In this document: in pieces, positions 8,875 to 16,914 of the stretch
Position numbering within the stretch: the first letter of the stretch is position 1
How the letters are laid out: every line of letters begins with the position of its first letter
Virus record (IMG/VR): IMGVR_UViG_3300035141_000014
Location: 1-50,252 of that record
Length of the DNA: 50,252 bases
Origin: a virus
Taxonomy: Duplodnaviria > Caudoviricetes
Strand: one strand, 5' to 3'
Notes under the pieces: model-generated
Seen by the model: only the letters and a program-made list of their open reading frames with translations
Database searches by the model: none
What the model was told of the DNA's origin: nothing
Program-made: the position numbers and the translations under genes

Positions 8875-9545
8875 ACCACCTTCTTATAATGGCTTAATAT
8901 AGACATTTCCTTAGTGGTTGCACCAAATTCATTAGTGTTATTAGTCTTGGTATCATATGTTACACTTGCGTTTTTTACTTTTTCTTGAGATACAAGTAAA
9001 TCTCCACCAACTTCTGTTTTATACTCTCTAGCTGACATTTTCTTGCATACACTTGCTAAATCAGCCGGTATAGTTTCAAATCCTGCCGTATAGCTAACTC
9101 TAACAGAAGGACTATTAATAATTTCCATAGGTCTACGTGTTAACGTGTCATAACCTTTATATCCAGGTACTAGACTATCAAACTTAACAACTCCTATCTC
9201 ACTATCAAATGTCATATTATACAAATCTATACTTTCAACTGAATCATACACAGTTGTCCATTCATCTTCTACAGATACACCGTAACCATAGCCATATGAA
9301 TATCTAAATTCTATTTTTTCTATTGATTGCAAAAATATATTTTTTAATATTAAACTATTTGTAAACTGTGATCCTTCGTATAGTTCATCTGTAATTACTG
9401 TACTTTCAAGCTTTGTATCACAGTAATTTTCTATTGCTAAACTATTACTATCTATTATTTCTTGTATCATAGCGTCTCTTGCTAGGTCATCTCCAGTTGT
9501 GAAGCCTAACCAAGAATTGACACTATCTAGTGTACATAGTGTCAT
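8871..9545 (-). CDS. Head-tail connector/adaptor protein
   Basis: LCTLDSV...IENYC...VSYTAGFETIPADL...LSHYK pattern of gp6/gp15-like adaptors. Confidence 0.85.
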   Translation of the reverse strand: MTLCTLDSVNSWLGFTTGDDLARDAMIQEIIDSNSLAIENYCDTKLESTVITDELYEGSQFTNSLILKNIFLQSIEKIEFRYSYGYGYGVSVEDEWTTVYDSVESIDLYNMTFDSEIGVVKFDSLVPGYKGYDTLTRRPMEIINSPSVRVSYTAGFETIPADLASVCKKMSAREYKTEVGGDLLVSQEKVKNASVTYDTKTNNTNEFGATTKEMSILSHYKKVV

Positions 9546-9562
9546 TATGACACCTCCTAAAT

Positions 9563-9591
9563 TACAAGAGAGAGCCGAAACCCTCTCTTGT
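9563..9591 (-). terminator. Hairpin/terminator after capsid-decoration gene
   Basis: acaagagag-agccgaaacc-ctctcttgt inverted repeat. Confidence 0.65.
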
Positions 9592-9597
9592 TATATA

Positions 9598-10377
9598 TTA
9601 AATATCTCTAGTATATTTTGGATCGCCTAATACAGCCACAATATTAACTGGTATTGAAGGACTTGCATCAACACCGCCAGTTAAAGTTACTGCTCCCCAA
9701 GCTCCGTTTGTGCAAGTTTCTGTTGTTGCAACTGAGTTTCCAGTTGTTCCAGTTGTTCCGTAAGTTACGTCTACAGTGTCACCAGCTCCATCAGCTGCAG
9801 AATATGTTCCATCTCCACTAGCTGTTACTGCTGCAACTAATGCCGTTACTGCGTCTGCTGCAGTAGCTCCTCCTGATACATCAACTAATATATTTCCTGC
9901 TGTTACACTTGCATCAGTATCAAATTCATATACATCTGTTCCAATTGTTACAGTTTGACCATCTGCTACAACTCCTGAAAAAGTAAGTACTCCTGTTGCT
10001 GCTGCTGCACTTACAGAAGTTCCACCAGTAAAAGCAGTTACTACAGAAGCACCGAGGTATTGTAATTGCTGATCTATTGCTGCATCAACAAAAGAATTTA
10101 AATTATCAGCTGTTAACTCTATAGTAATAGCATTTCCATCTAAATCAAGTAAATTTTCAGCATTAGTTCCACTTGCATCATCTGCTGTTTGTAGTGTAAC
10201 AGTAACAGATTGAGCTGTTGGACTTCCTAAAGCTTCACCTACAGCTAACATAACAGATGCAGATATAAAGTTTTGTGCATCAATAAAAGTTGTTGCAGTT
10301 GTTCCTGCACTCAAAGGAGTAACAGTTGGGTCAAGTAGTGGTTGAACTGATATGTTATCTATTAATCTTCTTTTCAT
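9598..10377 (-). CDS. Capsid decoration/cement protein with inserted Ala/Thr/Gly-rich surface domain
   Basis: Follows MCP; N-terminal jelly-roll-like segment and final strand (IPVNIVAVLG) flank an insert ATGVLTFSG...LTGGVDA. Confidence 0.65.
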   Translation of the reverse strand: MKRRLIDNISVQPLLDPTVTPLSAGTTATTFIDAQNFISASVMLAVGEALGSPTAQSVTVTLQTADDASGTNAENLLDLDGNAITIELTADNLNSFVDAAIDQQLQYLGASVVTAFTGGTSVSAAAATGVLTFSGVVADGQTVTIGTDVYEFDTDASVTAGNILVDVSGGATAADAVTALVAAVTASGDGTYSAADGAGDTVDVTYGTTGTTGNSVATTETCTNGAWGAVTLTGGVDASPSIPVNIVAVLGDPKYTRDI

Positions 10378-10388
10378 CTATTTCCTCC

Positions 10389-11726
10389 TTATGATAATTT
10401 AGCTTTTACTTTGTCATAATAAACAAAAGCTTCTGGATATTTAATTCCAAAGTCTAAAAGCGATGTAACTTTTATCGCTGTTAATCCTCTTTCAAACATG
10501 TTAACTCCTCCAATTGTTGCTTCTGTTGATAATGCTACATCAAACATTTTTTCCTCCGCGACTACCATGTTTTCCCATGCTCCAACAAAAACATCTGTAT
10601 ATTTGTCTGCTGTTGCTCCAACCGTAATTTCGTTAAACATGTAAAAAGGTGAACCAGTTAAAGTTCCTCTATTCATTTCTTCTCTTTGGATATATTGACC
10701 TACTCCATCAGTTACGTTGTACATAGGAGCCCATAATCCACCTGAGAATACAATACCCATTTTTTCTCTTGGTACGTTTGTAGAATATATATTTCCAACC
10801 ATATCAGGGATAAGTTCAGGAGATACAACAGCGTCCCAAGTTTTTTTAGTGATTCCAGATGTGTTTTTAATTCCTAAAGGTTGACCGTTTTTACCAGTTC
10901 CATATAACGCAGCCGTATTAATCATTACTGCCATTTCTCTAAGCATATCATTTAAGAACGCTTGATCTGCATCATAAGAGTTGTTTTCAATTAATCTATT
11001 TGACATTACGCAAATTGAATTAAGCTCTTTTGAGTTAAATGTAATGTTTCCAAGTTTTTGTTTAGTTGCAGGTGCTGCTCCACCTTCACCAACCCAATAT
11101 GAAAATGCTCCAGCTTCGTGAACTGGTAAATTTAAGTTTCCTCTTGGCATAGGTACAGTAGTTACACCAGTTTGAAATAAAAATACTTTAGCTCTTAGCA
11201 ATTCAACAACTTCTTGGGCATAAGCTTCCATAATTAAATACCCACCATCTTCATTGTAAGTACCATTTTGAAATGATTTTACACAGTTTAAGAAAGTTGG
11301 ATTACCACCATAGTGTTTTTCAGCTTGTTCATACATATTAAAATCTTTTCTTCCGATTCTACCTTCTTTTTGAAACATTTCATTTTGAAGTTTTAATTTT
11401 GCCATTCTAGCAAATCCAAACCCTTTATCCATTTCTTCTTTTACTTTAGATGATAAAGCTGTTTTAACAGTTCTATCTCTAATCATTTTTGTAAAAGGAG
11501 TATCTTCCCCTCTTTCAGCTGCTTCAGAATAATCTTTCATTTGAGCTTCTACTAGTTCTTTAATTTTTTCTTCCGGCATTTCCCATTCAACTAATTGTTT
11601 TTCCATTAATTGCTCCATTACATCTCCTGTAATATCAGCAATCATTTTAACATCATCTGCTTCAAGTGATGAATACTTTTCAATTAAAGCTTTCTCGTCT
11701 AACTTGATTCCTTTTTTAGTTAGCAT
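10389..11726 (-). CDS. Major capsid protein, HK97 fold
   Basis: DGGYLI, WVGEG, ALYGTGKNGQPLGI motifs; N-terminal delta/scaffold region. Confidence 0.95.
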   Translation of the reverse strand: MLTKKGIKLDEKALIEKYSSLEADDVKMIADITGDVMEQLMEKQLVEWEMPEEKIKELVEAQMKDYSEAAERGEDTPFTKMIRDRTVKTALSSKVKEEMDKGFGFARMAKLKLQNEMFQKEGRIGRKDFNMYEQAEKHYGGNPTFLNCVKSFQNGTYNEDGGYLIMEAYAQEVVELLRAKVFLFQTGVTTVPMPRGNLNLPVHEAGAFSYWVGEGGAAPATKQKLGNITFNSKELNSICVMSNRLIENNSYDADQAFLNDMLREMAVMINTAALYGTGKNGQPLGIKNTSGITKKTWDAVVSPELIPDMVGNIYSTNVPREKMGIVFSGGLWAPMYNVTDGVGQYIQREEMNRGTLTGSPFYMFNEITVGATADKYTDVFVGAWENMVVAEEKMFDVALSTEATIGGVNMFERGLTAIKVTSLLDFGIKYPEAFVYYDKVKAKLS

Positions 11727-13162
11727 GTTTTCCTCCTTATTAAACTCTTTTTATTTAAAGTTTGTTTTTCTACTTTATTTTTTTTAAATATACTTTTAGC
11801 TTTTTCTTTTGCTTTATTTATAGCTACCTCTTTTTTATATTCAGCCATAAAACTTTTAATTCCAGTTGATTCTACCATTTCAGTCAACATAGGACGCATG
11901 ATATTTTCAACTTCTTTTTTAAGCCATACATTTTGAGCTTCCACTTCAACCATATTTTCATTATCAACAGCAACTTCTCCATTTTCATTAACGCTGAATG
12001 ACATTTCATAATACTTGTCTTGCCAACGACCATTTTCGTCATCGCCCCAAATATTAACTATAGCCGATTTAGGCAACATTTCTACTACACGTACACCTTT
12101 TTTAGGATAGCACCCTTTACAATACTTGATTATTTGATCATATAAAGGTATTTCTGACATTGGTATATCTTGCTTATTTATAGCTTTTTCTATTACATAT
12201 GATAGTTCCGGGTCTTTCTCTATTAATTCTTTTATACTACAGTTATCATCTAAGTTTAAACTTTTTAAACCAGCTCCTACATTTGCAGGCGCAATAACTG
12301 CAGATAGTTCATATTGTTCAGCTTCGTATATATCATATCCACCTTTTTCATTAGCAATAGCTTTTTCTGGATTGAATAGGAAACCTATAGATACTTTTAT
12401 ATCTCTTCCTTTTTCTACCCAATTCCATAATCTTTCTGTTAATTTAGCACCTTCTGTTAATATATCAGAATCTACTTTTTCACCAGAAGCTTTTACAGTA
12501 GGATCATCAAATTGAATTTTATTCATCCACTCAGTGCCTTTTTGATATCCTTTAAGTATATCACCTAATATTTTATCCACTGTACCTGTAGATTGATGTG
12601 CATCTATAAATCTTGCACCGGGTCGCATTTTCATACTTTCTACCATCATTCTATCATTGTCAGAATCAAAGTTTTTATTTGAAGCCTTAAACTCTACTAT
12701 CCTTTTTTCTTTATCTACTATGTAAGGTGTAACTATCATAGAAATTTCTTTTTTCTTTTTTTCCAAATTTACACCCCCTTCCAAATTTTTCTTATTATCA
12801 ACTTTTTTCTTTTCTTCGTTAATTAAGTTTTTCATATAGCTAATACCACGTGAGCCTATACCGCCCCACTTGACTTGTGCGATAACACCAGCTATATTTT
12901 TATTACCATAATGTCTAGCCATCCACGCCTCACGCTCTTTTATCCAGTCTATTACTGAATCAGTTTGTGTTCCTTGCCTAGCTTTAGTCCATAAATTAAA
13001 AGCTTGATTGCCTCTTATATTACCGCCTTTTTTCCATATAGTAGGGTAGTCTTCTTTTAATTTATTGGCGTAACTATAGTCAAATTGTCTATAGTTACTG
13101 TTTCTTAGTGATATTTTCTTATTATCTCCCTTTTTAGGAAAATTAGTTATTTCATCAGCCAT
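11720..13162 (-). CDS. Prohead protease (HK97 type) with N-terminal unknown domain and C-terminal extension
   Basis: Probable start ATG 13162 (AAAGGTGG RBS); DSDNDRM, H in FIDAH, VSIGF, YELSAVIAPAN protease motifs. Confidence 0.85.
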   Translation of the reverse strand: MADEITNFPKKGDNKKISLRNSNYRQFDYSYANKLKEDYPTIWKKGGNIRGNQAFNLWTKARQGTQTDSVIDWIKEREAWMARHYGNKNIAGVIAQVKWGGIGSRGISYMKNLINEEKKKVDNKKNLEGGVNLEKKKKEISMIVTPYIVDKEKRIVEFKASNKNFDSDNDRMMVESMKMRPGARFIDAHQSTGTVDKILGDILKGYQKGTEWMNKIQFDDPTVKASGEKVDSDILTEGAKLTERLWNWVEKGRDIKVSIGFLFNPEKAIANEKGGYDIYEAEQYELSAVIAPANVGAGLKSLNLDDNCSIKELIEKDPELSYVIEKAINKQDIPMSEIPLYDQIIKYCKGCYPKKGVRVVEMLPKSAIVNIWGDDENGRWQDKYYEMSFSVNENGEVAVDNENMVEVEAQNVWLKKEVENIMRPMLTEMVESTGIKSFMAEYKKEVAINKAKEKAKSIFKKNKVEKQTLNKKSLIRRKTC

Positions 13163-13177
13163 AATTACCACCTTTGC

Positions 13178-13328
13178 AATAAAAAAACGGAAATTGTGCA
13201 TATAAACGCACTCCTCCCGTTATCAGTATCCTTTTAATTTTTCAAGGGTAGCGTTAGTTTTTTGCACACTAACGGTATTATATTCTATTTTCTATTACAA
13301 TTGTACCTCTTTTTAGTTTTTTTGTCAA
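13178..13328 (-). promoter_or_regulatory. Sigma70-type promoter with attenuator-like leader before protease/capsid operon
   Basis: TTGACA-17-TACAAT (13328-13300); hairpin cgttag/ctaacg; terminator-like stem plus U-run just before the RBS. Confidence 0.65.
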
Positions 13329-13355
13329 ATAAAAAAAGCCTATTAATTAGGCTTT
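13329..13355 (-). terminator. Intrinsic terminator
   Basis: aaagcct-attaatt-aggcttt with T-run on minus strand. Confidence 0.7.
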
Positions 13356-13757
13356 ATTCATATTTAACTTTTTTGTTTTTTCCCAGTTTATATTATTAAT
13401 TATTTTTACTACAGGAAACAATGTTCCATATAAACATACAGCAAGATTGCAATAATAATGTTTAAAATCATCCTCTTCCAACACAACTAATTCATTTTCT
13501 TTACCACAATTTAAGCAAATATATTTTAATTCATAGCCCAAATTTTTAATAAAGTCAGCTTTATCTTTTTTAATCGCATGTCTCGCATATGTTTGTTCTG
13601 CATCTATATATCCTTCGTCTATGTGTTTTCCTATATTTTTTTCATCTATTTGTATAGCGATTGGATAATTCAATTCAAAAGTAATCGGATAACCTTCTTT
13701 ATATGATTTTATTAGTTGCTCTTTGTAAAAAAAATTAAATCTATTATTATTTACCAT
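13347..13757 (-). CDS. Hypothetical protein with CxxC...CxxxxC zinc-ribbon-like motif
   Basis: CLNCG...YCNLAVC; GGAGTG RBS. Confidence 0.6.
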   Translation of the reverse strand: MVNNNRFNFFYKEQLIKSYKEGYPITFELNYPIAIQIDEKNIGKHIDEGYIDAEQTYARHAIKKDKADFIKNLGYELKYICLNCGKENELVVLEEDDFKHYYCNLAVCLYGTLFPVVKIINNINWEKTKKLNMNKA

Positions 13758-13769
13758 TTACATCACTCC

Positions 13770-14021
13770 TTATAATTTTTCAAACTTTTCTTTTAACTGT
13801 TCAATTAGTATTTTGTTATTTTTTATTTTCCTATCAGCTAATTCAATAAAATCATTAAAATTTAACTTAACATTCCAGTTACTTCTGCATGTATCTCTTA
13901 TTTCAACTTTAAACCCCCAATTTTCTTTTATTTCAGGATTTTCTAAAATTTTGTTTTCTTCCTGTAAATTTTCTATTTCTCTTGCAATTCCATTTGCTAG
14001 TTCTAAAGTTTCTAATTTCAT
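13770..14021 (-). CDS. Hypothetical phage protein
   Basis: ORF abutting neighbours, coiled-coil character. Confidence 0.65.
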   Translation of the reverse strand: MKLETLELANGIAREIENLQEENKILENPEIKENWGFKVEIRDTCRSNWNVKLNFNDFIELADRKIKNNKILIEQLKEKFEKL

Positions 14022-14741
14022 CTAAATCAACTCTCTTTCTTGCAATAACTTTCTAATTTTATCTATACCCTTAGTTGTTATCATAGTTTTGGTAAAGTTT
14101 TGACTCCACTCACCATATGATTTGTTAACCTCTATAACTTCAAATAACATTGAGTCTAAATGTTTCTGATAAGGTGTATTATTTGACATTAATAACTTTT
14201 CTTCTCTAAGTAATTTAAATAGTTTATTTCTACCTATTCCAAAGCTTTTAGCGACTTCTCCTACATCTTGAGAGTTATTCGCTGTAAGCAAAGTTTCATA
14301 AGCTTGTACTTTAGGTTTCTGCTCTTTTACAGTTAATTTTAATTTTTCATTTTCCAAAGCCAGTCTTCCTGCTTCAAGTAATGCTTCTGCATATGTTTGT
14401 GGAATAGATGGTGTTAATTCAACTTTTCCTTCTCTAATTAATGTAGTGATCTGAGTATCACACCATATTTCAAATTCTACAGAAACATATCTAGCTAATG
14501 ATAATACTAATTTTTCATGAATCCAAGTACCGCCATTTCGACCTTCTTCTGATTTTATAAACTCCCTATTTTTTAGTGAGTTACTTAAAGCCTTAATATA
14601 CTTTTTTGTGTTAGGACTTGCTTTCCAATTTTCTAATTTCTTTGAATCTGTCATAGAGTTTGCTTTCGCATACACTTCTCCACTAATCATTTTAAAAACA
14701 ATTTCGTTTCCCAAATATTCCTTAACTATTAATTCTTGCAT
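14022..14741 (-). CDS. Antirepressor-like protein, KilA-N plus KilAC/ANT domains
   Basis: GRNGGTWIHEKL...FEIWCD (KilA-N); PQTYAEAL...KPKV...IGRNKLFKLLRE...PYQ...TTKG (KilAC). Confidence 0.9.
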   Translation of the reverse strand: MQELIVKEYLGNEIVFKMISGEVYAKANSMTDSKKLENWKASPNTKKYIKALSNSLKNREFIKSEEGRNGGTWIHEKLVLSLARYVSVEFEIWCDTQITTLIREGKVELTPSIPQTYAEALLEAGRLALENEKLKLTVKEQKPKVQAYETLLTANNSQDVGEVAKSFGIGRNKLFKLLREEKLLMSNNTPYQKHLDSMLFEVIEVNKSYGEWSQNFTKTMITTKGIDKIRKLLQERELI

Positions 14742-14765
14742 AGTATCTCCTTTGCAATAAAAAAA

Positions 14766-14841
14766 GCACCATAAATATATGTCGGTTGGTAGCCACTAAA
14801 GAATAACCGTCAACTGTTACTCTACCACATATTTATAGTGC
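14766..14841 (-). ncRNA. C4/CI-like antisense RNA element in the antirepressor leader
   Basis: Long basal stem, inner hairpin with loop AGUUGACG, segment GCUACCA; both complementary to sites in the upstream leader. Confidence 0.55.
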
Positions 14842-14906
14842 ATAATTGTTAAATTGTATATTGTTGTTAGTTGACGTTAATACCAAGCTACCACACTTGA
14901 TAATAA

Positions 14907-14935
14907 ATTATAGCATATTTCTATATAAATTTCAA
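14907..14935 (-). promoter_or_regulatory. Sigma70-type promoter for antirepressor operon
   Basis: TTGAAA-17-TATAAT with extended -10 TG. Confidence 0.75.
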
Positions 14936-15112
14936 TCAAAAAGTTATGTTTTCATCAATTGCATTGTTAAACTCAGTCTGACAACTACACCATCCTTTGT
15001 TAGTTAATTCTTGCAATGTGTAGTCTTTTAACGCCTGTATTTCTGTTTCGTTACAACAGTGTTTCGCTTTTATTATAATTACTTTTTTCAAAGTTTCTTG
15101 ATCCCAGCACAT
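14936..15112 (-). CDS. Small Cys-containing hypothetical protein (58 aa)
   Basis: AAGGAGG RBS; MCWDQETLKKV...CSCQTEFNNAIDENITF; below ORF-track cutoff. Confidence 0.65.
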   Translation of the reverse strand: MCWDQETLKKVIIIKAKHCCNETEIQALKDYTLQELTNKGWCSCQTEFNNAIDENITF

Positions 15113-15127
15113 ATTTTTCCTCCTTAA

Positions 15128-16561
15128 TTAATGCACTTGTAAAGTTGCATATGAAACTAATATATTTTGTGTTCCTGTGTTGTTTTCTATCCATGCTTCT
15201 ATATAATCATCAGTTTCTACAGATATATTTGCTAAACAAGTGACTTGAGTATCATTTTTTGCACTAGCTCTACCTCTACTAGAAATAATCGGAGTGCCAT
15301 TTTTTGCAATATACAAAGATGCTGTAACTTCAACTCCAAGTTCTGGTTCTACAGTTGCAATTAACACTACATCTATTATAGCTTTTTCTATACCTGTATA
15401 ATTTAATCTATCACTAGAAAGCAAAAATCTTTCTGTGTTTCCTTCTATCCATGATCCGGCAATTTTTACAGGTGTGTTTATAGCTGAAATTGTTGTATTA
15501 GATATATTGTTGTTTAAATATACTAATGCTTTTACCTCACTGTCTTCAATACCAGAATTTCCTGAATATTTCCAATATGGGTCTGTTTGATCCAAAGAGT
15601 CATTTCTAAACCATAATCCGCCTAAAGAACTATCAAAACTTACACCCGTTACAACTCCTGCTTGAAGTGTACTTTGTGGATCAACATACATAATAGCTTC
15701 ATTAGATTTTGGTTGTATATAGTTTCCTGAGTTAACTGAAAAATTGTTCATTACACCTCTTAAGCTTAAAGCCGTTCCACCAACTAAATTTTGACCATCT
15801 GTCCACTGTAAAAAACTGAAATTTGTTCTTCCTACATTAATCAGATCATATCCTTGTCCACAACCAACTGCTGCAAAAGATACTGTTAAGAATCCATAAT
15901 TTTGTATAGTTCCTATATCGTTTGCAATAATCAAAGATATATCCGCTAATACACTCCCACCCTCTTCATTTAACAAAGAGTAATAACAGTCTGTATTATC
16001 TGCAAAATCTAAAAAAACAGGTTTATGTATTTCAAAAACTGTAGAACTAGTTATACTTTCAACATAAAAATATTCTTCACCTATACCAGTACCAACATTA
16101 GGAAATCTTACCCTGTCATTAACACTTAGATTATGATCTGTAGCAGTAGTTACAGTTGTGTTTGTTACAGATGTGCTAGGCAATAATTGCCAGTTATCTC
16201 CTAAATCAAATATTTTTCCATTAGGTGCTAATAATCCTATAGCTTTGAACCAATAAGAACTACGCTTCCCACTAGTTACAAACATTGCATCCGTTCCTTC
16301 ATAAACTATTTGTCCACCTCCTCCACCAACTGCAAATGGATCAGTTGAAATAAATGTATTAAATGAATCGTCTAATTGTGCTATTTGATTTGTACCTATA
16401 TTTATTTCTCCATCTATTACATAGCTTTGGTTTTGTGCCAGTGTTATAACTCCGCCAACCGGAGCAGGTAAATCATTTACATTTTTTATAACTTTGGAAT
16501 TATTAAGCAATAGTGATATAAAAATATCTGATAACGCTAGTATCGTTGACTTTGTAACCAT
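15128..16561 (-). CDS. Putative virion fibre/surface protein (beta-rich, 477 aa)
   Basis: DLPAPVGGVITL start, TTATDHNLSVNDRV module, C-terminal C1q/BclA-like beta sandwich pattern (DDYIEAWIEN). Confidence 0.55.
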   Translation of the reverse strand: MVTKSTILALSDIFISLLLNNSKVIKNVNDLPAPVGGVITLAQNQSYVIDGEINIGTNQIAQLDDSFNTFISTDPFAVGGGGGQIVYEGTDAMFVTSGKRSSYWFKAIGLLAPNGKIFDLGDNWQLLPSTSVTNTTVTTATDHNLSVNDRVRFPNVGTGIGEEYFYVESITSSTVFEIHKPVFLDFADNTDCYYSLLNEEGGSVLADISLIIANDIGTIQNYGFLTVSFAAVGCGQGYDLINVGRTNFSFLQWTDGQNLVGGTALSLRGVMNNFSVNSGNYIQPKSNEAIMYVDPQSTLQAGVVTGVSFDSSLGGLWFRNDSLDQTDPYWKYSGNSGIEDSEVKALVYLNNNISNTTISAINTPVKIAGSWIEGNTERFLLSSDRLNYTGIEKAIIDVVLIATVEPELGVEVTASLYIAKNGTPIISSRGRASAKNDTQVTCLANISVETDDYIEAWIENNTGTQNILVSYATLQVH

Positions 16562-16914
16562 TATTCTTTCACCTCATTTATCCAGCATTCAAATGTTCCG
16601 TCTATTGATGTATCTTTTATTTTAATGGATGTTATCAAGTCTTGATGATCGAATACAACATCATTAATAAAATCATCGTAAAAACTTCTATCGTTGATTT
16701 TAACTTGAGTTGGAGTTTTTACTAATATCGAGAAAGATAAATATACTCCCTCATTAATTTGACTAGAACTTAAAAACTCTTCTAAAGCAGCTCTAATATT
16801 TGTGTCTGTAATTAAATCGTAATCTGTAGATGTCGTTGTAAACTTAATAACAAAATGATCTCGCTCCCCTTCTACAAATTGAACTGATCCTCGTTTTACA
16901 TTTTTCAAATACAT
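16561..16914 (-). CDS. Hypothetical protein coupled to portal and fibre genes
   Basis: Overlapping stop/start (TAATG) at both ends. Confidence 0.7.
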   Translation of the reverse strand: MYLKNVKRGSVQFVEGERDHFVIKFTTTSTDYDLITDTNIRAALEEFLSSSQINEGVYLSFSILVKTPTQVKINDRSFYDDFINDVVFDHQDLITSIKIKDTSIDGTFECWINEVKE

